64,000 nucleotides of DNA from Squalus acanthias (taxonomy: Eukaryota): positions 13,888,001 to 13,952,000 of the forward strand of contig CM059449.1 of the NCBI GenBank assembly GCA_030390025.1. The letters are read 5' to 3'. How positions within the stretch are numbered: the stretch's first letter is position 1; every line of letters starts with the position of its first letter. Position numbers and translations under genes: made by a program. The notes below the pieces were generated by a model. The model was not told where the DNA came from. It was given only the letters and a program-made list of their open reading frames with translations, and did no database searches. Below are positions 48,491-61,151 of the stretch, piece by piece.

Positions 48491-51432
48491 TATGGCAGGG
48501 GGCTAGAAACCTATGTAGTGAAATAGAGGAAAGTGAAAGGCAGACAGAAATAAATGGTAAAAGGGTGAGGAACAAAAAACAAAGGGCCAAACTAATTCAT
48601 AAAAAATGTGAGCATAAAAAAAGCCTGAGGGTTTTATACCTTAATGCGAGAAGCATCAGGAACAAGGTAGATGAACTAGCTGTGGAAATAGAGGTTAATA
48701 ATTATGATCTAATTGGGATTACGGAAACATGGTTGCAGGGTGAGCAGGGCTGGGAGCTTAACATACAGGGGTATTCAGTATTTAGGAAGGATCGACAAAA
48801 AAGAAAGGGAGGAGGGGTAGCATTGCTGGTAAAAGAGGGGATAAATGCAATTGAAAGGAAGGATATTAACTCAGTTAATACAGAATCTATATGGGTGGAG
48901 CTAAGAAATAGCGAGGGGCAAAAAACATTAATAGGAGTGGTATATAGGCCTCCAAATAGTAAAATAGAGGTTGGGGAGGGCATCACGAGGGAAATTAGAG
49001 AAGCGTGCAATAAGAGCACAGCTGTCATCATAGGTGACTTTAACTTACATATAGATTGGACTAGCCTAATCAGTAAAAATAATGAGGAGGAGGAATTCCT
49101 TGAGTGTTTAAGGGATGGTTATCTGGATCAATATGTCGAGGAACCAACTCGGGAACAGGCTATATTGGACTGGGTACTGTGCAATGAGAAGGGACTAATT
49201 AGTAATCTTGTTGTACGGGGACCCTTGGGTCAGAGCGATCATAACATGATCGATTTCTCACTCGAAATGGAGAGCAAAGAAATTGACTCAGAGACTAAGG
49301 TCCTGAATTTAAACAAGGGGAATTATGATGCCATTAGACGGGAACTGAGTAGGTCTGATTGGACAACGTTCCTGGGAGGACTGGAGGTAGATAAACAATG
49401 GCAAGCATTTAAAGATAGAATGACAAAATTGCAAAAATTGTTTATACCAATCTGGCATAAAAGGAAATCTAAAAAGGTGACTCAACCGTGGATAACACGG
49501 GAAATTAGAGACAGCATAAAATCCAAAGATAGGGCGTATAAAATAGCCAAAAAAAGTGCCAGAGCAGAAGATTGGGAACAGTTTAAGATAGAGCAAAGGA
49601 GGACAAAGGGCTTAATCAAGAGGGGCAAAATAGCTTACGAAAGCAAGCTGGCGGAAAATATAAAAACTAACTCCAAAAGCTTTTATAAGTATATCAAGAG
49701 GAAAAGACTGGTGAAAACCAAAGTTGGTCCATTGCAGTCAGATACGGGGGAATATATAACGGGAAATAAGGAAATGGCAGACCAACTAAATGCATACTTT
49801 GGGTCAGTCTTTACGAAGGAAGACACAAAAAACCTCCCTGGGATATCGGGAAAAATAGGGACATTGGCAAAGGAGGAACTGACGCAAATCAATATCTCTA
49901 AGGATATGGTGTTAAGGAAGCTAAAGGGATTGAAGGCGGACAAATCCCCAGGGCCTGATAACATGCATCCTAGGGTACTGAAGGAGGTGGCCCTAGAGAT
50001 AGCGGATGCACGAAGTATGATTTTTCAGAATTCATTAGACTCGGGAACAGTGCCCATGGATTGGAGGGTAGCTAACGTTACGCCACTATTCAAAAAGGGG
50101 GGTAGGGAAAAAGCAGGTAATTACAGACCTGTAAGCCTTACATCAGTTGTGGGCAAAATGCTGGAGTCCATCATTAAGGATGAAATAGCGGAGCACTTAG
50201 CAAATGGGGACAGGATAGGACAGAGTCAACATGGATTTACAAAGGGTAAATCGTGCTTGACTAATCTATTGGAATTTTTTGAGGGAGTAACTGGTAAAAT
50301 AGATGGGGGAGAGCCAGTAGATGTGGTGTACCTGGACTTCCAAAAGGCCTTCGACAAGGTCCCACATAAAAGATTAGCATGGAAAATTGAAGCTCATGGG
50401 ACAAAGGGGAAAGTATTGACGTGGATAGAGAACTGGCTGTCAGATAGAAAACAGAGAGTTGGAATAAACGGCTCATTTTCTGAATGGCAGGTAGTAACAA
50501 GTGAGGTACCGCAGGGATCTGTCCTGGGTCCCCAGCTGTTCACAATATACATTAATGACCTGGATCAGGGAGTCGGATGCAGCATTTCCAAATTTGCAGA
50601 CGACACTAAACTAGGAGGGGGGGTGGGCTCAGAGGAGGAGACCAGGAAGCTCCAGAGCGATTTGGACAGACTGGGTGATTGGGCGGATAAATGGCAGATG
50701 CACTATAATGTGGACAAGTGCGAAGTTATCCACCTTGGGTGCAGGAACGGGAGGGCAAATTATTATTTAAATGGCAATAAATTGGGAGAGGGGGAAGTAC
50801 AGAGAGACCTGGGTGTTCTTGTACACCAGTCACTGAAGGCGAGCATGCAGGTGCAACAGGCGGTCAAGAAGGCAAACAGTATGCTGGCCTTCATAGCAAA
50901 AGGGTTGGAATACAGGAACAGGGATACCTTGCTGCAGCTGTACAGGGCACTGGTGAGACCACACCTCGAGTACTGTGTACAGTTTTGGTCGCCTCATCTG
51001 AGGAAAGATGTTCTTGCCATGGAGGGGGTGCAGCGGCGATTCACCAGGCTGATACCAGGAATGGCGGGATTGACCTATGAGGAGAGACTATGTAGATTAG
51101 GGATGTACACACTGGAGTTTAGAAGATTGAGAGGGGACCTCATAGAAGTGTATAAAATTCTGACAGGTCTAGACAGACTAGATGAAGAAGGAATGTTTCC
51201 CTTGGCGGGTGAGAACAGAACTAGAGGACATAATTTAAGGATAAGGGCTAAACCATTTAGGACAGAAATGAGGGGGAATTTCTTCACTCAGAGGGTGGTG
51301 AACCTGTGGAACTCATTGCCACAGAGGGCAGTGTACGCCAGCTCATTAAATATATTTAAGAGGGAATTAGATATATTTCTACAGGCAAAAGGGGTTAAGG
51401 GTTACGGAGAGAAGGCGGGGACGGGATACTGA
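48481..51432 (+). CDS. CR1 ORF2: APE endonuclease + reverse transcriptase, uninterrupted
   Basis: YLNARS, ITETWL, GDFN, SDHN, KSPGPD, DFQKAFD, PQGSVLGP, FADD; frame open from 48481 with no AUG before the end of the endonuclease domain. Confidence 0.93.
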   Translation, partial: FKLVWQGARNLCSEIEESERQTEINGKRVRNKKQRAKLIHKKCEHKKSLRVLYLNARSIRNKVDELAVEIEVNNYDLIGITETWLQGEQGWELNIQGYSVFRKDRQKRKGGGVALLVKEGINAIERKDINSVNTESIWVELRNSEGQKTLIGVVYRPPNSKIEVGEGITREIREACNKSTAVIIGDFNLHIDWTSLISKNNEEEEFLECLRDGYLDQYVEEPTREQAILDWVLCNEKGLISNLVVRGPLGQSDHNMIDFSLEMESKEIDSETKVLNLNKGNYDAIRRELSRSDWTTFLGGLEVDKQWQAFKDRMTKLQKLFIPIWHKRKSKKVTQPWITREIRDSIKSKDRAYKIAKKSARAEDWEQFKIEQRRTKGLIKRGKIAYESKLAENIKTNSKSFYKYIKRKRLVKTKVGPLQSDTGEYITGNKEMADQLNAYFGSVFTKEDTKNLPGISGKIGTLAKEELTQINISKDMVLRKLKGLKADKSPGPDNMHPRVLKEVALEIADARSMIFQNSLDSGTVPMDWRVANVTPLFKKGGREKAGNYRPVSLTSVVGKMLESIIKDEIAEHLANGDRIGQSQHGFTKGKSCLTNLLEFFEGVTGKIDGGEPVDVVYLDFQKAFDKVPHKRLAWKIEAHGTKGKVLTWIENWLSDRKQRVGINGSFSEWQVVTSEVPQGSVLGPQLFTIYINDLDQGVGCSISKFADDTKLGGGVGSEEETRKLQSDLDRLGDWADKWQMHYNVDKCEVIHLGCRNGRANYYLNGNKLGEGEVQRDLGVLVHQSLKASMQVQQAVKKANSMLAFIAKGLEYRNRDTLLQLYRALVRPHLEYCVQFWSPHLRKDVLAMEGVQRRFTRLIPGMAGLTYEERLCRLGMYTLEFRRLRGDLIEVYKILTGLDRLDEEGMFPLAGENRTRGHNLRIRAKPFRTEMRGNFFTQRVVNLWNSLPQRAVYASSLNIFKRELDIFLQAKGVKGYGEKAGTGY

Positions 51433-52029
51433 ATTGGAGGATCAGCCATGATCTCATTAAATGGCGGAGCAGGCTCGAAGGGCCGGATGGCCTACTCCTG
51501 CTCCTATCTTCTATGTATCTATGTATCTATGTATATCCTATGTAATCCTATGTAATCTTAATGGAAGGAAGCAAGAGGCAAATGCAACCGAATGGGCAAC
51601 TAGTTCAAAGTTAACAAAGTTAGAAGAGAGGTTCCAGAACTATTGGCATAGTAACTGGAGCGATTGTCGACTCAGCAGACAGTAAGGGCAAGGCAACGAA
51701 AACTATCTTTCACAGGCACCTGGAATGGAGGGCGAGCTGAGCTGGTTGAATGAGGCTTCCTCTGCACTGCCGTTGTATACTTTTCAGTAACTCTGTAACT
51801 TCGCTGCTCACTTCAGATACGAAAATGCAACACATTCTCCACCCCTGGACACAAAGCACAGTATGGATTTATATTATGGAATTATTGCAACACGGGCGTT
51901 CAAGTGAATTATTTACGTGGCATTCTTCTAAATTTACAAAATGAACGGACAAATAAGACATTTTGGCATTAAAACAGAAAATGCTGGAAAAACTGGTAGA
52001 GGTTATGGTTACTGAAAACATCCAATATA

Positions 52030-54075
52030 AGCCATTCTGAGGGGGGAGGGTGAACAGCCAGAGGTCGTGGTCCATATTGGTACCAACGACATAGGTAGAA
52101 ATATGGATGAGGTCCTGCAGACACATTTTAGGGAGCTAGGAAAGAGGTTAAAAAGCAGGACCTCAAAGGTAGTAATCTCCGCATTACTCCCGGTGACACG
52201 TGCAAGTGAGTAAAGAAGTAGGAGGATCGAGCAGATGAATGCGTGGCTGGAGAGATGGTGCAGGAGGGAGGGCTTGAAATTCCTGAGGCATTGGGACCGT
52301 TTCGAGGGGAGGTGGGACCTGTACAAGACGAACAGATTGCACCTCAACAGGACTGGGACCAATATCCTCGCGGGGGCAGTTAATAGTGCTTTTGCGAAGG
52401 GTTTAAACTAGCTTCGCAGGGGGATGGGAACCTGAGAGTAAATTCAGAAGGGAGTGAAGCAAAGTTGGAAATGGAAGGCAGAAAATTAGTAAGCGAGTTT
52501 GGCAGGCAGAGGAAACAGAGGCTAGAAAATAGACAACAAGGGACATTGGCAGTCCTGAATGGTATATACTTCAACACAAGGAGTCTAGGGAATAAAGCAG
52601 ATGAGCTGAGGGCACAGATAGACACGTGGGAGTATTAACAAGGACATATGGGTTGAAGTGAAAAGCAAAAAAGCGGCAATCACATTCTGGGAGTGTACTA
52701 TAGACCCCCAAACAGTCAGAGGGGGATAGAAGAGCCAATATGTAGGCACATTTCTGAAACGTGCAAAAATAGGGGAATAGTAATATTAGGGGATTTCAAC
52801 TTCCCTAATATTAACTGGGATAAAATTAGTGTGAAAAGTGTAGAAGGAGCAGAATTCTTAAAATTCATTCAGGAGACCTTTTTTGGTCAGTACGTAGCAA
52901 GCCCAACAAGAGAGGGGGCGGTTCAGGAACTAGTTTTAGGGTATGAAGCTGGGCAGGTGGAAAGGGTATCAGTGGGAGAGCATATTGGTGGCTGTGATCA
53001 TAATTCAGTTAGAATTAGCGTAGTTTTGAAAAAGATCAAAGTTAGACCAGAAATAAAATTTATCAATTGAGGAACAGCTAATTTTACAAAGCTGAGATGT
53101 GATTTAGCCAAAGTGGACTGGAGACAGAAACTTGAAGATAAATCAGTGTCAGAGCAGTGGGAGGCATTCAATGAGGAGATAGTGAGGGTTCAGAGCAAGT
53201 TTGTTCCCTTAAAGAAAAAGGGTGGAACTAACAAACCTAGAGCTCCCTGGATGTCAAGGGGCATACAGGGTAGGATAAAGAAAAACATTGAATCTTATGA
53301 CTGATACCGAAGGCTCAATATTGCAGAAACCCTAGAGGGGTATAGAAAGTGCAGGGGGGGGATTAAAAAGTAAATTATTTAAGCAAAGAGAGGGCATGAA
53401 CAAATATTGACAAATAGAATCAAGGAAAACCCAAAGATGTTTTATAAATGCATTAAGTGCAATAGGATAACTAAAGTAAGAGTAGGGACTATTAGGGATC
53501 ATAAACGTAACCTGTGTTTGGAGGCAGAAGACATTGGTATGGTTCTTAATGAATACTTTGCGTCTGTTTTCACAAAAGAGAGGGACGATGCAGAGATTTC
53601 AATCAGGGAGCAGGTGTGTGAATTATCAGATGAAATAAACATAGTGAAAGAGGAAGTATTAATGGGGTTAAGCATGTTTGAAAGTGGATAAATCCCCAGG
53701 CCCGGATGAAATGTATCCCAGACTGTTAAGAGAAGTAAGAGAGGAAATAGCAGAGCCTCTGACCATCATTTTCCAATCCTCTATAGGACTAGGGGGCATA
53801 GTCTACAAATTAGAGCTAGACCTTTCAGGAGTGGAATTAGGAAACACTTCTACACACAAAGGGTGGTAGAAGAATGGAACTCTCTTCCGCAAACGGCAAT
53901 TGAAGCTGGATCAATTGTTAATATTAAATCTGAGATTGTTCGATTTTTGTTAACCAAAGGGATTAAGGAATATGGGCCAAAGGTGGGTATATGGAGTGAG
54001 GTCACAGATCAGCCAAAATCTAATTGAATGGTGGAACAGGCTCGAGGGGCTGAAAGGCCGACTCCTATTCCTATG
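52030..54075 (+). mobile_element. decayed CR1 (ORF1 end, ORF2 5' part) fused to a CR1 3' end
   Basis: HIGTND, YYRPPN, LGDFN and KSPGPD motifs with stops and frameshifts. Confidence 0.85.
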
Positions 54076-54192
54076 AAACTCTGAATCTGCTGCCTTGATT
54101 TTTGTGCTCAAGTTTCTGGAGTGGGACCAACAGCCTTCTGACCCAGAGGTGAGAGTGTTACCCATTGATCCACGGCTGACACTAAAATTTCA

Positions 54193-54265
54193 CACCCCAG
54201 CTAGGACTCGAACCCACAATCCCTGATTTAGAAGACCAGGGCCGTAGCCATTAAGCCTCTGGGGC
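54193..54265 (-). pseudogene. tRNA-Arg-like sequence (TCT anticodon on an Arg-CCT-type body), probably a pseudogene
   Basis: 73 nt; acceptor and anticodon stems pair; U8>A plus D- and T-stem mismatches. Confidence 0.7.
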
Positions 54266-54409
54266 CACTATATGTACGTGCCACACCTGGACACAAAGCA
54301 CTGTATGGCATTATATTATAGATTTAGTACAACACGGGCGTTCAAGCGAATTATTTACGAGGCATTCTTATAGATTTAGAAAATGTACGGAGAAATAAGA
54401 CATTTTGGC

Positions 54410-54895
54410 ATTAAAACAGAAAATGCTGGAAATACTGGCAGAGGTTAGGTCTGAAGTTGAACTCGAAGTTACTGAAAAGTAGACAACCACAGTGCGGAGG
54501 AGTTCAACAATTTCAGAACACAACCTCCGCCCCTATTTTTTCACATGGCAGCTGTTGATGATTCTGCCATTCCCATTTACAGCTTTCTTTACCTGTCCCA
54601 TTACCATCTCCTTTTGTCTTGTACCATCATTCCTTTTGTCTTTTAATCTCTCCCGCCTTCCACCCTATCACCGACCTTCCCTTTTGTTCGTTCCTCCCCT
54701 CCCCCCTTTCCCGGCCCCCTGTACTTGCTTAAAATCTGTTGCATCTCTAACTTTTTCGAGTTCTGACGAAAGGTCAACGACCTGAAACGTTGACTCTGTT
54801 TCTTTCTCCACAGGTGCTGCCTGACCTGCTGAGTATTTCCAGCATTTACTGTTTTTATTTCAGATTTCCAGCATCCGCAGTGTTTTGCTTTTGAC
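54410..54895 (+). mobile_element. Penelope-like element terminal region with a short inverted end
   Basis: Pyrimidine-rich tract, ctgacga..gaaacgt motif; 54411-54436 is the reverse complement of ~54832-54856. Confidence 0.6.
54758..54796 (+). ncRNA. minimal type I hammerhead ribozyme motif (PLE-type)
   Basis: GAGTT-CTGACGA-A-AGGTC(AAC)GACCT-GAA-ACGT-T-GACTC. Confidence 0.55.
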
Positions 54896-55309
54896 GAAAT
54901 TTTGGCAACGGTATATAGATATTTCGTAAGTAGAGAAAATCAATCGGGATTCTGCCACCAATCAGCGATTCTCTGAATTCCACAAAGATGTATTGAAACC
55001 AACAAGAACACATTGCTGCATTGAATGTATCAGTTCGTCTTTAACTGCAACATGTCTTTTGCCCAGCCAATAGTAATATAGGTGGAAATATGCTCGAAAA
55101 GCACTGATTCACAGCTGCCCCCCCACCACCACCCTCACCCCCAATAGAAGTGGAAAAAGCTCTTAAGGAGGATGTAGTCACGCAGGCGCGTTAGGAAGTC
55201 AAGCACCGGTTGAGGCAACTTTTCTAACTGGAAAACGCCCGAGCTTGCCATTTCACTACTTGTTTTAACATTATTAAATATTGTGCACTATTTAGTTTTG
55301 TAGCATCTT

Positions 55310-55730
55310 TTGTAACACTCTCGCCTCTGATTCAGAAGGTTGTGGGTTCAGGTAACACTCCCGAGACTTGAGCACCAAATTCTAAGCTGACACTCCAGTG
55401 CTGCACTGTCGGAGGTGCTGTCTTTCGAATGAGACGTTTAACTGTGGCCCCGCCTGCCCTCTCAGGTGGATGTAAAAAATCGCACGGCACTATTTCGAAG
55501 AAGAGCAGGTGAGTTCCCGGTGTCCTGGGCCAATAGTTATCCCTGAATCAATATCACTAAAACGGATTACCTGGTCATTATCATATTGTTGTTTGTGGGA
55601 GCTGGCTGAGCTCCCGTGTTTCTTATATTACAACAGCGACTACACTCCAAACCAGTACTTCATTGGCTTTAAAGCGCTTTGGAACGTCCTGAGGTTGTGA
55701 AAGGTGCTATACAAATGCAAGTCTTTATTT
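55310..55730 (+). mobile_element. tRNA-derived Deu-domain SINE
   Basis: B-box-like gggttcagg, Deu-like core, L2-like tail. Confidence 0.7.
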
Positions 55731-56544
55731 CTATTAGCTTATTCAGGGAATAGTGCTCCAATGTTATTTATTAAAGTGTTGAGGATCTCTCAAAGCTCTA
55801 CTCCATAGGTGGAAAACGTCAATGTTTTATAAGGCCTTGAGCATTGTGTAACCAATAAAGTATCATTCTTCTGCTAAAATGCATTTATGCCTAAAATGCC
55901 TTTAAGCCCACAAGGTACAATTGACGTTCCTCCTGGGTCAGTTAGAGGCTAATTGTTCTTCGTCGGATCCTTACGTCAGTGCGACGTCAGCCTGTCTGAC
56001 GTCAATTGACTGCAATGGGACTGAATATCAGGCGCTGCCTATAATGGGCGGCCGATCCGATACCGCCAGTTTGGCGCCACCGCCAGAGACGAATATCTAG
56101 GCCCTTTATCTTTTACTTTTCGTTTTAAAGCGTGACTCCTAAAGTTAATAAGAAGCTTTTTTTTATTGTTGTCGTGGTCTCTTTAAGAAGCGAATGGGTT
56201 CGTTGTAATTTTGCAGATGATTTTTAAAGGGTCATCTTTGCCACATCATTGCTTGCGGCGCTTTAAGCCACGTTGGCCCTGCTCTCTGGTACTCGATCCC
56301 TGAGCCCTCTACCTCGCCACCTCTTTGAAACTTTCTGGAACACCATCCTTCCGGCTATGTGAGGAGAGAAGTGAGGGTTAGAGATTGGACAGTGGTTTGG
56401 AGAGAACATGTGGATCAAGCGTGTTTTCTTTAGGAGGTTTATAATGATGGTGATTTTGAACTGGAGAGAGATCGACGCTTGGAAATTTATCAACCATTCC
56501 TTCATCGTTGGTGGGTCAAAATCATGAAACTCCCTCCCTAAGAT

Positions 56545-59440
56545 AGAAACATAGAAACATAGAAGATAGGAGCAGGAGTAGGCCATTCGGCCCCTCGAGC
56601 CTGCTCCGCCATTCAATGCGATCATGGCTGATCATCCAAATTCAGTACCCTGTCCCTGCTTTCTCCACATATCCCTTGGTCCCTTTAGCCTTAAGAAATA
56701 TATCTAACTCCTTCTTAAATATATTTAATGAATTGGCCTCAACTGCCTTCTGTAGTAGAGAATTCCACAGGTTCACCACTCTCTGGGTGAAGGAATTCTT
56801 CCTCATCTCAGTCCTAAATGGCTTACACCTTATCCTTCGACTGTGACATCTGGTTCTGGACTCCCCCCGCCATCGGGAGCATCCTTCCTGCATTTAGTCT
56901 GTCTAGTACTGTTAGAATTTTATAAGTTTCAATGAGATCCCCTCTCATTCTTCTAAACTCTAGCGAATATAAGCCTAATCGACCCAATCTCTCTTCATAC
57001 GTCATTCCTGCCAGCCCAGATATCAGTCTGGTGAATCTTCGCTGCACTCTCTCCAATGCAAGAACATCCTTCATCAGATAAGGCGACCAAAACTGCACAC
57101 AATACTCAAGGTGTGGTCTCACCAAGGCTCTGTACAACTGCAGCAAGACATCCTTGCTCCTGCACTCGAATCCTCTCGCTATGAAGGCCAACATACCATT
57201 TGCCTTCTTAACCGCCTGCTGCACCTGCATACTTACCTTCAGCGACTAGTGCACAAGGACACCCAGGTCTCGTTGCACTTCCCCTTTTTCCAATCTATTG
57301 CCGTTTTTGGCACCAAAGTGGATAACCTCGCATTTATGCACATTATACTGCATCTGCCATGCATCTGCCCAATCACCCAACCTGTCCAAATCATACTGGA
57401 TTTTCTCTGCATCCTCCTCACAGCACACACACCTCCCCAGCTTTGTGTCGTCTGCAAACTTGGAGATATTACATCTAGTTCCCTCGTCTAGATCATTAAT
57501 ATATATATTGAGAATAGCTGGGGTCCTAGCATCGATCCCTGCGGTACCCCACTAGTCACTGCCTGCCACTCGGAAAAAGACCCGTTTATTCCAACACTTT
57601 GCTTCCTGTCTGCCAACCAGTTCTCTATCCAAGTCAGTACCTTACCCCCAATCCCATGTGCTTTAACTTTGCACGCTAATCTCTTATGCGGGACCTTATC
57701 GAAAGCCTTCTGAAAGTCCAAATACACCACATCCACTGGTTCTCCCTTATCTATTCTACCAGTTACATCCTCAAAAAATTCCAGTAGATTAGTCAAGCAT
57801 GATTTACCTTTTGTAAATCCATGTTGACTTTGTCCGATCCTGTCACTGTTTTCCAAGTGCTCTGCTGTTACATCTTTTAAAATGGACTCTAGCATTTTCC
57901 CCACGACCGATGTCAGGTCTATAATTCCCTGTTTTCTCTCTACCACCTTTTTTAAATAGTGGGGTTACATTAGCTACCCTCCAATCCATGGGAACTGTTC
58001 CGGAGTCTATAGAATTTTGGAAGATGACCAGCAATGCATCTTCTATTTCTAGGGCCACTTCCTTAAGTACCTGAGGATGTAGATTATCAGGCCCTGGGGA
58101 TTTATCGGCCTTCAATCCCGTCAATTTCCCTAACACCATTTCCCAACAAATACTGATTTCATTCAATTGTTCCCTCTCATTTGACCCTATGTTCCCCGAC
58201 ATCTCTGGGAGGTTACTTGTGTCCTCCTTTGTGAAGACAGAACCAAAGTATGAATTTAATTGGTCTGCCATTTCTTTGTTCCCCATTATAAATTCCCCTG
58301 ATTCTGACTGCAAGGGACCTATGCTTGACTTCACCAATCTTTTTCTCTTCACATATCTATAGAAGCTTTTACAGTCAGTTTTTATGTTCCCTGAAAGCTT
58401 ACTCTCATATTCTATTTTCCCCCTCTTAATTAATCCCTTTTTCCTCCTTTGCTGAATCCTAAACTGCTCCCAATCCTCAGGTTTGCTGCTTTTTCTGGCC
58501 AATTTGTATGTCCTGTCCTTGGATCTTATGCTATCCCTAATTTCCCTTGTTATCCACGGTTGAGTCACCTTTTTTGTTTTATTTTTATGCCAAACAGGGA
58601 TGAACAAATTCTGTAGCTCATCCATGCAATCTTTAAATGTTTGCCATTGCCTATCTACCGTCAACCCTTTAAGTGACGCTCCCCAATCCATCCTAGCCAA
58701 CTCGAGCCTCATACCATTGTAGTTTCCTTTATTTAAATTCAGGACCGCAGTCTCTGAGTCAACTACTTCACTCTCCATCTTAATGAAGAATTCTATCATA
58801 TTATGATCGCTCCTCCCCAAGGGGCCTCGCACAACAAGATTGCTAATTAATCCTTTCTCATTACATAATACCCAGTCTAAGATGGCCTGATCTCGAGTTG
58901 GTTCCTCGACATATTGGTCCAGGAAACCATCCTGTATACACTCTAGCAATTTCTCCTCCACAGTATTGTTACTAACTTGGTTAGCCCAATCTATATGTAG
59001 ATTGAAGTCACCCATGATGACTGCTGTTCCCTTATTGCACGCATCTCTAATTTCCCATTTAATGCCATCCCCAACCTCAGCATTACTGTTTGGGGGTCTG
59101 TATACAACTCCCACTAACGTTTTCTGCCCCTTGGTATTTTTCAGCTCAACCCATACAGATTCCACATTATCAGAGCTAATATCCTTCCTTACTATTGTGT
59201 TAATCTCCTCTTTACCCTGCAATGCTACCCCACCTCCTTTTCCTTTTTCCCTGTCCTTCCTGAATATTGAATACCCCTGGATGTTGAATTCCCAGCCTTG
59301 GTCACCCTGGAGCCATGTCTCCGTAATCCCAATTATATCATATCCGTTTGCATCCATTTGTGCAGCTAATTCATCCACCTTATTATGAATGCTCCTCGCA
59401 TTAAGACACAAAGCCTTCAGGCTTGTTTTTTTAACACTAC
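56545..59440 (-). mobile_element. CR1 with near-complete but frameshifted ORF2
   Basis: ORFs 57843-59411, 57488-57946, 56823-57230 and 56642-56893. Confidence 0.92.
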
Positions 59441-59736
59441 TTTAAGAGTACCTTCAACACATGGACTGCAGCGGTTCAAGAAGTCAGCTCACCACCATCT
59501 TCTCAAGGGCAATCAGGGATGGGCAATGAATAAAAAAATGGAAGGCAGATTAACAATGTTAGCTAGAATTAGAGATCAGGAGGGGAAGTTCAGGGGTCAC
59601 GTGTTGAGCAGGGAATGGATACAGGGACTCGGACATGTGTCTTATAAATTAGATGAGCTTAGAAAAGTTGTGGGGTAAATGGTGGGAAAAGTGCAATGTG
59701 ATTAGTTTTAAGGATTATGGAACTGCTTGTAAATTT

Positions 59737-60372
59737 GGGCTAGAAATTGGCCTCCTTTGCGCCTCCCGTTATTGCCTCCGGGGGGCGATAACAGGGCGCT
59801 AACGACTTACCGACCGGGTGCGGTGAAAGAAACGACTCTCGCGAAATTCAGTGGGGGCGGGGGGCGAGGGGTAGCGCCAGCGGTAAAATTTACCGCCTTG
59901 ATCTCCTGCAACCCGGAAGTTGTGATGTCATCTGGTGTGCATCGCGCCGTTACCACCCCAGCTTCCGCCCCCTGCAGCTTTGCTGGGCATCAGCAACAGC
60001 AGCTTCAGGAGGCGTTGTGACCTCGGCCGGCTGCTTGGGGAGCGGTAATGAAAGGGATTGGTGGTCAGGTCGGACCAAAAAAAGTTCTCACCCCTTGGTG
60101 CTGTTTTTAAAAAAATGTTCCTTGCCGCGATTGATCTGCCTATGAATCCGGCAGCGATGCATGGAACATTGATCAGGGTTCGGCCGATCCCGCCCCTCTC
60201 GTTCCCTTTAGCGCTCTAAGGGAACTGGTAGCGCTTTTTTTAGCTCTCTACTTCCCTCTTGGAGCGCTACAACTGAATTTCGCAGGAGCCTCTCATCATT
60301 AGCGCCTGGCGATCATTTTTGTACTTCCGAAGTTTTAGCACCCCAAACGGGGCTATAATGAATTTCTCCCCC
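59737..60372. mobile_element. CpG-rich MITE-like element
   Basis: Termini gggctagaaatt / aatttctcccc are imperfect inverted repeats. Confidence 0.5.
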
Positions 60373-61151
60373 AATGTATCAGTCTGGTGCTTTGTTATTA
60401 TGTGCTATTGATTTTTTACATCTAAGGAAACCGTCTTTTAATTAATAAATTCTTCAAACGTGTACTTCCTTTCCATTTCATTTTTTAAAATCAGTTTGAA
60501 TAAATGCACTCCATGAGCGGACTTGCTATATATTTACAGAAAGGGGTATTAAATATTGCGACTAATTGTTTCTTGGTATTATTACATCGGTTTTGTGTGA
60601 CTATTGCAAAATTAAAACCTTGCAACTTATGCCCCAGCATTTAATTTTTATATTAAATCCATCACTTTGGGTTATTTCCGGGGACTGTTTGCCCCTCTCG
60701 GTGAAGTGTGCTATCTTACTCTAAGGAAATGTGCATATACTTGATGAAGCCCTCCTAGTATGAAGATATGGGACTCTTGGTAAAGTGCACTATTTCGATT
60801 TTTGCAATTTCTTAGCTTGGCATTGAAGGGAAAGTAAAACATTCAAGTATCCAAATGATAATATTGGAACTTGCTCAACACTGTGCGTACTCTGCTAAAC
60901 AGTTGAACACTTTACCCAACTCAAGTCCTGGGACGCCATCCGAGGAAGCACTAAATTAATTTAACCAAAGATGCTTAGAGACAATGTGAAGCCAAATCAA
61001 AACCAGTTCGATATGGAGGTGTTCCCGAATACCCAGACAAAAACAGACCATTAATGGCCATCTGAGGTGTTTTATTAGCCGGAGGGTTATGCTAAACCTG
61101 ACACAATTGGACATTTTGTCCAGTTATATAGCCTTTTAATGAAGGACAGGC

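Larger units (their letters stand above)
47870..51534 (+). mobile_element. young CR1 LINE, 5'-truncated within ORF1
   Basis: Esterase-like ORF1 end, complete ORF2, 3' UTR and (ctatgtat)n tail. Confidence 0.93.

Noticed and set aside
54193-54265. Functional tRNA-Arg(TCT) gene
   Set aside because: U8 substitution and D- and T-stem mismatches; listed as a probable pseudogene pending tRNAscan-SE.
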